64,000 nt of DNA from Tubiluchus corallicola (lineage: Eukaryota > Animalia > Priapulida). The stretch is from contig JAQGDQ010000029.1 of NCBI GenBank assembly GCA_030141605.1, forward strand, positions 62,001-126,000, read 5' to 3'. The position numbers and the translations under genes were made by a program. Below the pieces are notes generated by a model. It saw only the letters and a program-made list of their open reading frames with translations. It was not told the origin of the DNA and searched no databases. Each line of letters starts with the position of its first letter. The stretch's first letter is position 1. This document shows positions 1 through 14,200 of the stretch, one piece after another.

Positions 1-1412
1 CCTCTTTGGCAATTTAGTGTCCTTGTAACTATTCTCAAACAGTTTGAAGTTTTGTTATTGAAATATTTTGTTTAACTCTCCACTAGGCGGAGCTTCACGC
101 TCCTGGCCCTTCAGGCGAACACTTCTACGACACTGCTGAAGAGAGGAAATCATCGCTAGAGAAATCTGAATAATTTCATTAATTGTGAGAATTCTCAGGC
201 TCCTAACCCCAATTTGTACTTTACCTCACTTGTTAAGAGGAATTCTTGCTGGCAGAGCATTAGCACCAAGAGAACCAATTACCACTATTTCCTACATCTA
301 TTTTATAATGTAAAATTAATATTGTTGAGTTGTTGATTTTCGTAAAGCAAAAATTTAATTATTTAGCATTATTAAATTATTTTGTATCTTACTGTAGCTA
401 CACAGTATGAGCAGTATTACAATTAAGTATGAATTAGACCTGTCTTGAGAAAAGAAGACTAATTTTTATACATTTCTATGTCTACAGATGTCATTATAAT
501 AATTAATGGACTTGATTTGAAAAGTTTGAATGTTATGCTTTCACTCAGTAAAAAAATTTTGGTAGTAACTTTTGTTGTTTTATCATATCTACTTATTAAA
601 GGCTAGTTTTCAATTGTGCCAAATTTGAGTTGTGATCATGATTGTGGAATGTGCAATAATGGAAAAAAATTTATTTATTGTAAAGTTGCAAATTTTTTAT
701 AAATTATATACTAATTCATTTTTTTATAATGGAATTATATGCCAATTGATTTTTTTTATAATGGAATTATATATTAATTGATTTTTTTGTAATGATTTTG
801 ATAATTTGAACAATTTTATGCAATTATTTTTGTATCTTTAAATGGTGTTATTGATTTGTTGTATTTTCTTAATTGACAATCAGTTTTATTTATCCACCAT
901 AAATGCCATCTGGTGAGAGATTTACATTTTTCTTAGTAATCATTTTCATTTTGACAATTGCACATTGGTTGTACAGCAGTCTCTGTGTAGTAATAACAAT
1001 ACCTAACCGCAGAAGAGTGTAGCTTTGTTTGTGTTTATGCAAACACACCATGTCAATTGTAATAAATAAATCCATACAATGTTACCTATTTCGGGTGTTC
1101 TGTTTTCATTTATTCATAGTTAATATTGTAGCATGTAGTCCATTCTGTAAACAAACTTGAATTTTTCTCATAAGTAGCATTTTTGACTGTGTAAATGACC
1201 GTAGAGTAATTAGACGTTTCCTTTCATGTGGACCTCGGAAAGCTCAGGTGCTTTTAGACAGGATTTTCCTACATCTTTGCTGGATTGATCATAAACAGAC
1301 GTAAGTAAACTGTTTTTGCCAACAGATGGAAGAGTTTTGGGAAGATAAACAATTGTGATTTTTAAAAGTTCCATTTGTGACCACTGCATGCGGGGTATCT
1401 CTTGAAGACTTA

Positions 1413-1770
1413 AGCTACGACTCTACGTGCGCGTAATGCGTGATGTGTAATTCCTATACAACAGTTTTTATTTAAACATGTGGAAGTGGTTCCATCTGTA
1501 CATAATGAACAATCCGTAATGTATGATGTGTGATCTGTAGTCACTCAAACGTGATGGCTATTGTCTGAATACGCATCACGCAGCAATACGCAGACGGAAA
1601 TCGTTGCCTATGTGATTTAGCGAGTTTCCTCCACTATTATTCCTACATTTACGAACAGCAACCAAAATTGGCGGAAAGGACGCCATGAGCTGTGTTAAAT
1701 ACACATAGCATTCACGGACACATGGAAACAGCCAATACGGATTACAGATCACGCATTCGGAGTCGTAGCC
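1413..1770. mobile_element. MITE with terminal inverted repeats (PIF/Harbinger-like)
   Basis: Ends AGCTACGACTC...GAGTCGTAGCC are inverted, flanked by TAA/TTA, with inverted subterminal TGCGTGAT/ATCACGCA; no ORF. Confidence 0.5.
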
Positions 1771-2520
1771 TTATCCTCAACAACATGTGATAGTCAACAA
1801 ATAATGAAAATCTGGGAAAAGAGAGGTTTCAATGGTGACGGTGCTCAACGTGGGTCTGCCAATGCTGGATAATGGACATATTTGAAAAGCAAGCAACTGA
1901 GATGTCGCAAAGCATGAGAAGATACATGAATACAAGTTTGTCATGCTAAGATTGTAATGAAATGCTTACAAGAATATCTTTATAGGAAACCAGTCCACAA
2001 TGGATCACTGAAAATAAGTGACTACTTCAACAGATTTGCACCTAAAATCCAATCTTCATTTGCAACTTAATGACCAACAGATTATTACAGAGTGTCTGAA
2101 ACATGTGAAACAATTTATTGATAGAAAAAAAATCGATAATCCGTTTGATCGTCTACACCTCAATTTGTTCGTATTAATACACTTCAAAATTTGAAGTTTT
2201 TACAAACTGTCGATTTCTATCTCTAGCATAAACTACTTGTAACTTAATTTTTACTTTACCTTACCTTTACTTTTACTACGTATGGTGAGAATAGAACAGA
2301 ACAGACTAATATACAGAATGGATACTTATATATAATCAAAATCTACATTTTCAAATTTGCGCACTTTTTAATTTATGAATCTGGAGCATTATCAACGTTT
2401 CATATTTTTTGATTTTCGAATCAAAAAAACGTGTTTTTTCTAATTCAAGCTATCCTAGCTAAAACATTGATCATTATTCTATAACACATTTGCTACAGTT
2501 GAACATAAGCACTGTAGTAT

Positions 2521-3237
2521 CTACTTCTGAAATGCTGATGAAATAATAGTCTCGGTCTGGCTTTCTTTTGTAAATAATTGCACCAAACTACCACTAGGAG
2601 GTCTGTCTCCATTTGACGCCCACTTGTACAGTAACCCAGCAACGAATTCTAGTGGCGTCCAAGTTGTGTGGTCTGCCTCTGGCATGAACTTCCTATTCAT
2701 GGGCGTGTCCAGAGTCACCGGGAGTATGGCTAGGGTGTGCGAGTTGGACGGCATTCCGCTTTTTTTCCGGGCCAAGCTTTGAACCAATTGGTGCACTGCA
2801 GCTTTTGCCATTCCGTATCCAATCATCCCTGTTGTAGCACCGAGAGCCGCTTGAGCACCCGTTAGAACGAGAACTCCACCTTCTCTGAGGTGCTTGCAAG
2901 ATAGATGTGCGGCAATTGTGGACGTCCACACGCTCTGTTTCCACGTCGTATCGGAATTCTTAATAAAGTCTTTATCGATCGCATTTCCTCCAGCCCAACC
3001 TCCAGCAACGCAGAGGACAGCATCGAGCTTCTCCTCTCCCAAAGTGTTGTAAATGCCATCGACTACAGAGCTGCTTTGTTCCGTCCAGGAGTTTGATGGC
3101 TTCACAATCACATTAGAATCTGCTTCCGTGTTTGGTACAAGATCCAGGGAGCAGACCCACCACCCCTGCTCTCGAAAGTGCTTGACGCAGGTAGCACCAA
3201 GAGCTCCCTTGCCTCCATATACAAGAACTCGCTTCAT
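2521..3237 (-). CDS. QDPR: Quinoid dihydropteridine reductase (SDR family), single coding exon
   Basis: 238 aa ORF with [11 protein letters not shown] Rossmann motif, [19 protein letters not shown], catalytic YGMAK (YxxxK), and [16 protein letters not shown]...WTPLEFVA, all typical of QDPR. Confidence 0.97.
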   Translation of the reverse strand: MKRVLVYGGKGALGATCVKHFREQGWWVCSLDLVPNTEADSNVIVKPSNSWTEQSSSVVDGIYNTLGEEKLDAVLCVAGGWAGGNAIDKDFIKNSDTTWKQSVWTSTIAAHLSCKHLREGGVLVLTGAQAALGATTGMIGYGMAKAAVHQLVQSLARKKSGMPSNSHTLAILPVTLDTPMNRKFMPEADHTTWTPLEFVAGLLYKWASNGDRPPSGSLVQLFTKESQTETIISSAFQK

Positions 3238-4989
3238 GTTTTTGTTCTGGATTTTGTGCAGTTTTTATGTTGTTAAAGTCACAAACTGCTAAAACAAGGT
3301 TCTATCGAGTATAATAGAAAACTATAGTTTTGGCTAGCACAAATTCACTGGATCTGTCTTTCTCACGAAACCTGAAACCAAAGCAAATGTTATATAATTT
3401 GCAAGAATTTTCACAAAAATTATGAATAAACAACAAATTAAGGCCAGCTATCAGGCCTATAACTAATAAAACCAACAATATAGGTAGTGAAATGCTTGGA
3501 TTATTCTCGAAAGCAGTAATAAACGTTATTATAGTACATGGTACTTGTCATTCACATATTCTGGTTATTATAATTTTGCTAGTAAGATAAACATAATAGG
3601 TCAATCAGATGGTATGGTCTAGTGGTAACGCGTCCAAAAGCTCTTTACGTTAATTGTTAATCCAAACAGCCGACTTTAAATAAAGATTATTATTATAAAA
3701 ACATTTAAATTAGTTTACTTAGACTCTAGACATACACATTTCTTACAATCAGAAATAAGCACGTGTACCACTACAATTTAGTTTTTGTCTGCTTTTCATA
3801 TACCACACGCGTAGTACGAAGTTTTATTGAGAACAAACGTTTTTTCCTTTCTAGTAATAACACGTACGACAACAAGTTATAAACTTATAAAATTGTTATA
3901 AAAACGAATGTATACTACCTAATTGTATCCAGTCTTTAATTATTCACAAGACTTCTCAAGGCTGCAATAATGTTAAATATCACCGGCGTGGACTTCGTTA
4001 CACGCTTACACGTACAGCGCGATCACTGACTAAAACTGCAACCAGTGCAGTTACGCGTATCCACTATCCATTTCCCAGGGCAGTTAAATATGACATGTTT
4101 CTAACCGGTTTCCTAAAAAAATCTCAGCGTTCCAGATAGACTTCTCCAAAAAATAACCGCTACCGGGCTAACAATCCTAACACAACTGTACGAGCTGTCA
4201 AAATAGTAATTATTAAAAATCGTGTGGCGCTAGAATAGAGATGCTAGACTGCACGGATTGGAGCCTCGCCGTGCAGCATCGAATTAAATCAATACCTTTC
4301 AATACCAGAATAGCACGGCAGTGGTCAATATGCTCGATCAGTAGGTTGTGGTACTTACGTGATTTTTGTCAACAGAATTGAAACAGCATGTGGCCGTGAA
4401 GCGAGTCGTTTTGCAAACCGCTTTGTGGTTGAGGGCATACAAGTAACATTTTTCAGTATATGTAAAGAAAATAAACTTAATTATCCAGAAGAAAGAAAAT
4501 ATGAGAAAGTCGAGATAATGCCGGATTTGAACCAGAAAAAAGAAAATATGAAAAAGTCGAGATAAGGCGGGATTTGAACCAGAGACTTTTCGCTTACAAT
4601 GTGAACGTACGTCATGTCCATTAGATTGCTACAGAGCAAAATCGAACAACTTACATGATCTTTGTAAGACAACTTTTTACTGGTGGTTCGAAAACTTGTT
4701 CGAAAATATTTCAAACTCAATTTGAAATCGATTCTAATTGGAAATATTGAAATTCGGTTTGAAAGTCACAGATTCGATCTGAATTCTGGTAGAGCGAATG
4801 CTCACCCCTAATATTTACTATTTAGTGTAAGACTTAGTTTAACATAAGGCTTAGATTTAGTGTAATAAAACACTCTAATCTTTAGTGTAATAAAACTTGA
4901 TGTTTTGATTTTGATAAGTTATAAGTAATGCGTTGTTGTTTTTAAGAATTTAAAAGCGATTAACTGATTATTTATTTCATCTAAACTAC

Positions 4990-5420
4990 TGCATGCAACT
5001 TTGGACCTACTATCGAAAAGACAGTTTGTTTATGGAAGGTGTGCAAAGGCGTGCTACAAAAATAATGTTTCGTTGTAAAAATCTGACGTATTTACTTAGA
5101 AAGATTGAAATATTGCAGTTTGACTACGCTTGAGTTATGACGATATGGTGGAGAATAGAGATTTTATTGAGGTTTATAAAATACTAACTAGGAAAGTAAA
5201 CATTTTCCCGAAAAAATCCTTAATTTAGTTGCTGATTCTAAAACTAGAGGACATACTCTAAAACACTTAAATAGCATGATATTAGCATCATATCTTGACA
5301 TTCGTAAATATTTGATGTGAGAGTAGTGAACGAATGAAATAATCTGCCTGCCATTGTGATTGCGTCACCAACCATAGTAAAGTTCAAATCCTTAATCGAC
5401 AATTATTTTATAGAAAAATA
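4990..5420 (+). pseudogene. Decayed 3' end of a CR1/L2-type LINE ORF2
   Basis: Broken frames give VQRRATK, EVYKIL, TRGHTLK and RVVNE*NNLP, matching the C-terminus of CR1-group RT proteins. Confidence 0.6.
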
Positions 5421-8241
5421 TGGGTTTCTATGAATGCACTTGCTTTACCCATAATCATGACAGTATAAAAGTATAATAGTAAATAAAAAATAGTGAATGG
5501 AATTGAATTAATAAGCATATTTCAAAGATAAGCTATGAGCAAAGTATAGAGCACAAAAATTGCTTTAAATTAGCACGGACTTAAATTTAGATTTATTTAT
5601 TCATCCATTTAGCACATACAAAAATAAAAGTAATAAAATTACTAATTAACAGTGAATTATAGTGCTATGAGCGCAGCAGAAAAATTAACTTATGTGCTAC
5701 TGCACTGTCCGTTAGTCTCCAAGTACTCATAGCAGTGTCAAACTTCAAAGCATTCCATTTTTATTCACTTCAACCTTATTTATTTTCTCAATAGCAGTTA
5801 AAGTTCGACATAATTATTTTGATATTTCATTGCAACTGAGAACGAGCAGCGAAAGGCCTATTGGTCACTCGATCAAAATACAAGTTTACTTACACTTACA
5901 GGCTCATGACATTTTTAGCTGTTTTTTATACAAAAAAAACATTATAATTTATAGTATTAGCATTAAAATAGATTTGGTATTAAATTATGTACTAATTAGC
6001 AGAAATGGTATTGTGTATACTTAGTCAAAATCTTTTAAAGGGTGGAAAAATAGTAAGCGACAATTTCTTGAGAATTGCATTGAGGCTACATTTTGAATAA
6101 CAATAATAGTTATACTATATGCTTAAATTTATGGTAAAAGAGAAACAGCAATGTCAAGATGCTATACAAAAAAAAATCAATAAATGTATCTTAAATCGAA
6201 TCAAATTAATGATTTTTTGTGTCAAATTGTGGAGACATAAATACTTAATTTTCCTTACAGGTCTTAAGAATTAAAACTTAAAGAAATTTGATTTGTTCTA
6301 GTATCTTATGCAAGACGTTAGTTTTTGTAGCAACAAAGAGCAAGTTTTTGACAATTTTCTTAGTTAGTTAAGAGTTAGTTGGCTGCTAGTCGTTTCACTG
6401 TAGTGTTATAAACGTGTAATGCTCTTGCTAGTCCATTAACATGACTTTTAGGTGTCATTCTATACATTTTAGCTATTAATTTTTACATCTGTTTTGCATA
6501 ACTTTACTACTTTGTAGGTAAATTATTGGTTGCTGCTTAGAAATACTTAATTAAGTTGTATAGACAGTGAAGTTCAAACTAAATCCTATAGATAAATTAA
6601 TTACCAGCACTAAGTCATTAATAGCGATAGGCAAAGAATCTATTGCACGAGGTGGTATGTCATATTACCCACCACACACATAGATACACTTAGGAATGTA
6701 TAGCATCTAAAAGGATCATTTCATGTAGTAAGCCATGTGTACACGTTTAGTAAATTTATTAAACGTGATGTCTCTGAGTGCAACAGAAAGCCTGAGTAAT
6801 CAAAATTCGGCAGTGGGACTGAAATGCTTAAATCTGCTGCCTGTGTTTGAAGATGCCCTTTGAGTGCAGGATCTTATGGAGAAGGCAATTGAATGAAATA
6901 ATTTTATGGTAACCGCATTTAAATAAGTTTGCCATAACAATATGTTGAATGTTTCAAAATTTTTGATGTAAGTTTTAAATATTTGATTTTTATAAGTTTT
7001 ATTATAAATTCAGCAATTTTTATGGTCTGATTGGTTCAATAATTTACTGAACTGACTAATAATTTAATGGCAAACCAATCATAAGTTCTTCATTGATTGC
7101 AACCAAACACCACTGTTTATTCACCGATCAGCTCGGCCCATCATTAACTGAGTCATAAAACTTTAAAAACATGCTGTCACTGCTGCTCAGATTTCATCAC
7201 CTGTCCGATTTACCAGTAGCCCCAGTAATAGGCCAGGTACTCTGGCTGAGTTGTTATGGTTATCAATCAAAGTTATTGTGTTCAAAACCCATTCATGTCA
7301 GCTGCTTTTCAAGTCACGCGCAAGTACAACTCGTGCAGGACTTTAGGGCCTTCTTTCTTAGCCTACTTAGATTTAATTGATCATGTTCTGGGGGAAAAGT
7401 GACTGAGAATAAACAACTATCTGTGTGCTACATCTTTGTTTTCAGACACCACGACTAACTGTCTGTCTGGAGGCATGACTTCATAGGACCACTCTTCTAT
7501 TGCAAATCTGTGTGCTTTCTCTCACAGCTGTCGTATTTGAAACTTAGAACTTTAACATTTTTGTTTGGCATGTGGTGGCATGTTTAAAAGGACCCACATT
7601 GCTTTATAGTCCATTCTGTCCTGTTTCTATACAGTTGAAAAACTAAGTACTTTTAGCTGTGTGAGTGGCATGCTTAAGCCACTAAACAGTGCAATAATGC
7701 TTATGAAATTGGAATGGCAGATGTTCCTTTTTTCCGATGTTCTCGTTTTTTAGATTATTTACTTGCTGTTCAATATTTTTTAAAATTATCTGGTATTTTT
7801 TGCTCTGGTTAATTTGAAGGGTTTAACAAGTTAAATTGTGAAAAATCATCTCTTACAGCTTTGCTGATGTTGTCATAGTCTCTACAGATGATGCATTAAG
7901 GCTGCATTGTTTCCTGTGTCTACCTTGCTTCAGTTAATCCGAATAATGTCATATTTCCTTTATCAGTCAATTTCTGTCTTATAAGATTGCAGTGGATAAT
8001 GTACAAATTGGTAATTAGTTACCACAAATTCTTTTTTAATCTTTTCAGAGAGGTGTTAGAATGATTTTTAAAAAATCACTGGAGAATCACATTTAACAGA
8101 GGAGAAGCTTCTGGTTCAACCAACAATGGATTTAGCTTTTGAAAAATTTTATGCAACAAATTGTTACATTCAAGCTTGATCACTACTGATTCATCAGTTA
8201 TAACATTAACATGTTTTTCGGTAAGAGAAGTCGTTGAGTTG

Positions 8242-11200
8242 ATGGCTTATGCAAGAAGTTATGCTGAAGTGTTAGATTCGGAATATGATCGTGAAAAACC
8301 CCATCCTGAATTATTAGATTTAGAATATGATCGTGGAGGATCTCTTGAACTAGATCCGGAATGTGATCGTGGAAGGTTTTTTGAATTAGATTCAGAATAT
8401 GATCACAGTAGGGAGCGAAGGTTTCCCGACTTAGACGCAGAATATAATCGCAATAGGGAACGAAGGTTTCCTGATTCAGATGCAGAAGATGATCGCAGTA
8501 GGGAACGAAGGTTTCCTGATTTAGATGCAGAATATGATCGCAGTAGGACCAGAAGGTTTTCTCCAGATCGGTTTGATGAAGGGGGGCATTCGTATGTGTA
8601 TGACTATACTCATGGTTATGGACCACGTCCAGATAATGATAGACAACTAGTGCAGAGGAGGCGTAGTGCAGAACATTCTGATAGAGATTATTGTAGGGGG
8701 CATGACAGGCACATAGAGACTCGCTCAAAAAGGTCTCGAAGCCGACAAAGAAGTTCCGAAAGAGATTATAGGTGGGGACGTCACAGTCGAAGTCCGGGTC
8801 GTTATGACGATATTGGAAGGGATGTGCCGGAGCACATTAGTGATAGTCGGGAATGCCGAAGACGCAGTAGAAGTAGAGAAAGGGGCAGCTATAGAAGTCG
8901 AGACAGCAGATCTTCAGAGAGTCGCCGAGTTGAAGTAGCTCGGCATCGTAGCCGGGAACGGGAACCCCGCGAAAAATTTAGTCCAAGTAGAGATGATTCT
9001 GATCGCAGTAGTGCCAGGTAAAATGGTGTTAAACTTTATTTTTATTTACTTACGCACTTTTGACAGTATTTTGTGTTCATGTCTGCACACTGTTTATAAT
9101 ATTTGCTCTAGTTTACTGTACAGAAGGTTAATTTGTTTTGGAATACCAAGGTTGTTAGACTTAAGGAAAACCGGACCTAATCCTAGACTGTAGGTCAAAG
9201 TGATGTACTCTTTAAAATAGTAAAAAAGAACGTACTATAAATTTTCAAAAATGACTTACGTGATAGAATTATTACCACTCAAATATAATTTCGCATTCGT
9301 GTCACTATTTCTTTGTTGTTACCTGCATTTCGCTTTTTGCATACCTTTCACACTCTATGTTGTATTATCTACATTTTCAGACACTAGGACTCGTGAGTAT
9401 TTGACTTGGACATTTCAGTTGGATTTTAACTTCAAGGTCACTGAACTCTGTTACCTTTTGTACTGATTAGACATTCTAATCTTGTGATTGATCAATTTTA
9501 CAAAGCACAGAATGCATATATAGGGTGTAGCCCATTTTTTTCTGGCTAAGCAAGATACTGCGTAGAATGTTCACCCATTATCAACAGCTGGCATATCCAG
9601 AGTCGGAGGCCCAAGGCTAATGAAATTATGGGCCCACCTCAGACGGAGCCACGCTCTAATTCGCCCGCACTCGTCTTGAGTATTTTTTTACTGACATTTA
9701 CACACTGATCTATTTATTTATTTTATATATTATTTGATATTGGCTTCGTAAATAAACTAGAATAGCTATCATTTGTTTGTCAGTAAAAATACTCTTTAAA
9801 AAAATACCAGTTTTTTACTATTTATTGCAAACCAAATTAGCATATATTTCTACACAACCATAGTGAAAAGACAGATTTTTTATCAAGTGTTACAAAGCTT
9901 GCCCTCAAGTTTGAAAGGCCCTGGGCTGCAGCTATACTAACCTGTAGGATAATCTGGCTCTGGTTATATCATGTTATAGTTTTTACATATTATACAAATA
10001 TTAATATTTCTTAACATAAATGTGCCTTTTTGATTGCCCCATTTGATTCTTACAAATTCTCAAAAATCTCTGATATTTAGTGTCTGCTTTACTGATTCTA
10101 GGAAGGAAGGATTATTACATAATCTTTTGAAACTTCGTTCTGAGTTGAATCGCAGTCGGAAGAGATCAAGAAGTCCTACGACACCGGAAAGTGCTGAAAA
10201 GAAATTCGCATTGGGACATGGTGGCAGTGTCTGTATTTTGTTTTTTATAACAAAATTTGGGTTTAATGAGTGGCTGGTAGGAGGAGAAAAAAATATCAGA
10301 AATCGAATTCAAATTCGGTACTCAGGAATTTTTGATTAAATTTCCAATCGCTAATGGAAATGATAATGTACGCACGTAGTTGTGCTAATTAAAAGACGCA
10401 AAGGAAGAATAAATTGAATTTTTACAGATTAAATTGTGCTGATTGCATGATTCAAACAATCTAATGATAAAGAACTATATTTGTGTAAATGAAGTGTTGA
10501 ATTATTCAAATGCATAAATTTAGTTTAGATTTGAATTTTGAAAAAACTTGTTCGAATTGAACCCGAGTGTTCAAAATCAATTTGAATATTCCATTCTCAA
10601 CCCTAGTGCTTGGTTGGTAGTTTAAAGCTTTCACAACATGCCATGTTATGAATTTCTTAAGTGCTATTAAATTAATCAGTAAAAGAAGATAGACATGTTA
10701 AATTGTACGTGTGCACATTTGCATGTTAAATATAGTGTCAGTGCAAAATCTGAGTGCCACTGAATCAGCATACTGGATGCCCATTACTGCGCAACAGTTT
10801 GACTGGACTGTATTTTGCCATATAGAATCCAGACTGTCATGATCCACTCACTGATCAGTCATGATGCTGCTTAAAACGTCCATTGCAGAAGCAGCTGGGC
10901 ATCACCACTCTGCTGTTTAACTCCCCTATGCCATTTTATTTTTAATGAAATATCACAGAGTTTAGTCCTTGAGTAAGTGTATTATTTTAATGACAAGTTT
11001 GTGACCTTATGGTGACGAAGGTCAAAATTGTTTTTAGAGACAGCAGTGCATGGAAATGGGACAGTGCAAAATTATTTGGTTTTTAATGATGCCTCTAGGG
11101 CCACCAAATGCTCTAGGGTTACTAAAAATATACACATAAAAACTAAATTGTACAGTGTAGCATGGAGTCGTCAACTTTGTTGCCACCATAATCAGTTGTA

Positions 11201-14200
11201 CATTCTGTGACAGATTCAAAAATAATGTTACTACATATAACAGATTATCACCAAATGTCTTTTTTATGTTTTACCTTAAAGCAGAACCAGGCCCAATCTT
11301 AAACTGTAGGTCAATACCACCTATTCCTTATAAGATTGAAAGGAAACATACTATTTTTTCAAAAATGACTTGCGTGAAAAAATCATTACCACACAAACAC
11401 GATTTCGCATGCCCGCCACTAGTTTTTCGCTTTTCGTCATGCTCATGCATTTCGTCATTCGTTAGTTAGACGGGCATTAACGTCTGCATTTCGGAAATGC
11501 ATTGCACAAAAATAGGCACTGTACCTTTCAGTTTAGGTGTGTTAGTTTGTGACGACTACACATGTCCGATAGCTCATGCCCGAACACAGCTGTAAATTTG
11601 CACACTGAATTTTTTACAGTAGCACTCTACTTCAATTTTTGCTTTCGCAAATACGTGCAACATGCAATGTTTTTGCTGTTGAAAATTATGTTAGTTTGTA
11701 CTGTCATCAATAGTTGGACTCGCCTGCCATTAATTAAGTTTTTAATCCATTATTTAATTACCAGAAACGGTTTTGCAGTATTAATTGTTTTAAAATGTAT
11801 ACTTTTTACCGTACTTGAAATTGGGGTAATATATGAAAAATCATTCTGTCTTCTTTTATTTTCATTTTCAAAAATTATCAAAAAGTAACCGATTTCTTAA
11901 GAACCATTTTGCAGTTTGTTTGTCATGTCGGATTATTTATTCTTTAGGCTGTGAGTAAACGTTATGCAGTTGACAATGACGACTTACTTGCCCAGCTGGG
12001 AATGGGACTGATAGATTCAACAGAAGCTACTCAGATGCTGAACAACAGCGAACAAGAACGGTCGCAAGAGTTAATCGAGACAGAATTTTTCTGCAGAAAG
12101 TGTGTGTAAGTATATCTTTTCATAAGATATTAGTGTGGAAGATAATGAAATAAGTGACTTTGAATTTTTTACTACATCTTTCAGTTTTACAGTCTGTTTA
12201 ATAACCTAGTATAGAGGTGCATTGAATGCATTTTCACTTTGTTCAATCGGATAAATGTCTTTCTAACAGTCAAGGTCTTGTATAGTGAAACATTTATTTG
12301 GAACAAGATACGTATCTAGAATAAATTAATTATAGCACTTATTTTCATTTGGCGGGCCGATAGTATAGGTCCTACATGAAATATATAATGGGGACACAAG
12401 GAGAGGCGAGCTGAACTTGCCCATAAAATAAGTTACAGTAGGCGCCGTTTAATAGACTCACTGTTAATAGACTCAATCGCTTGGAATGGGCCGTTTCTAT
12501 TCAAGTACACATAAAAACTATCGGTAATTGACTCAAATAACTCCGCATAATTGACTCAATATTTTTCCTTCACCTTCTTAAAAATAAGACATTTGTATGT
12601 GCCCGAAGAACCTCTCCTATTTCTATGTCATCTTTACTTCCCTTTTGTGCACTATGTATGCAGAAACAATCATGTTAAGTACCATTTTGTTTGTAAGCAG
12701 GTATGTTTATCATGGCACTAATACGCTAGTGTAGTGGTTTTGCTTTCAATCTGTTGCCCACTGTTACGCAAAGAATTTCTGGAAGCTAAACATTTAAGCA
12801 TTTGCCCAGCAGTTTCCTTTTGATGCTCTCTTTGCAAATCTCGCTTTCAGGCTTTATATGAGTTAACAGTCAAAGATGCAGGTACAATAATCAGCTGATA
12901 TTCCTAGTGACTTACAAGAAGATTAAACATTTTACAGCAAATAAGAGCAGTGTAAGTGAGCAGACGATTCAGAACTGTCTTGGTCACGCACAGCAGATTT
13001 TTAATGCTTTTATAATTACAAGAATTTTGTGGGCCAAGTTCTTTGCGAGAAAATGAAGCAGCCAACCTTGAAGGAATTTTTGCAATTTTTGCAAATAAAC
13101 AGACATAGAAAAGTCTGTGATTTAGAAAAATATACTTTTAACTTATTGCTAATTCACTTATATAATCTAATATTTTAAAATGTTTTTCTAATTTTTAACT
13201 GCACAAACGAATTTAGGGATTCGTTCATTTCTAAAATTCATTAAAAACTTTTGCAGTGCATAGTAACCTGGTGACTCATTCATCTATACCTGTAATACTA
13301 CACCTATTGTTTAATAGGTTCATTTGGTTAATTGGGTCAAAACACGTCTGTCTCAAAGTGAGTCTATAAAGTGGCACCTACTGTATTTGTTTCTTATGTA
13401 AATGCATGGGGAATATGTTTAACAGTTTTTCACATTGGTTGTGCTAGGTTTCCGTGTAAAACAGCAAAGATCTTAGAGTCGCACAGGAAGACAACAGAAC
13501 ATGAGAAGCGGTAAGTAGTTTTTCAACTTTGACGTAAATTCATATTTAAATTTAAATTTATATATACACAGTACCTACATCTGTGGCCCAAAAAAGTACC
13601 TAATAATTATCGAATGAAGCACATGTTTATGTTACTATAAAAAACCAAATGTAGAAGTTATTTCATGTCTTTAATTTTGATAATAAGTCTACAGACATTT
13701 AACTGGGATGAGCTAATTTTTATGTATTCACTTAAAATGGTACTTTTTATTACATCTGGACTTAGATTGTTGCTATAAACATAGGTTCCACGCTGAATTA
13801 ATATTACATTTGCACGGTCATACATTCGAATATGAAAAGAAATGCAGTTGGTTTCACATATTTGTGCACAAAAGTTGGTTTTCAATGTAGTTCTTAAAAC
13901 AAAGTCATATTTTTTTAAGTTAATAAAAGCCAGTATTGTAACATTTTTCTTAGGAAGAAATTAGGCCTGATAGGCCGTCACCAATCTCTGCAACAAAACA
14001 CTCACAGAGGGCACTTTGCACATTATCACACATACATAAGACGTTTGTGAGTGTGCATGTCCTGTTCATACCAGGAGTTGTTTGACTGTTTCTTTGTCAA
14101 GAAGTTGCCTATACTGGTTTCAGTATTTCTGCCAACCTTTCCATCTGGCAGGTCAAGAAGTGTAGCTGGCATTTGTCAAGTCTAAGTTGAGAAGTGTGAC

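Noticed and set aside
3608-3640. tRNA-like A-box (GGTATGGTCTAGTGGTAA)
   Set aside because: No B-box or cloverleaf follows; at most a SINE head remnant.
8198-8728. 176-aa - strand ORF, and the antisense or alternate-frame ORFs over 17724-18284
   Set aside because: Shadows of coding tandem repeats in the + strand gene.
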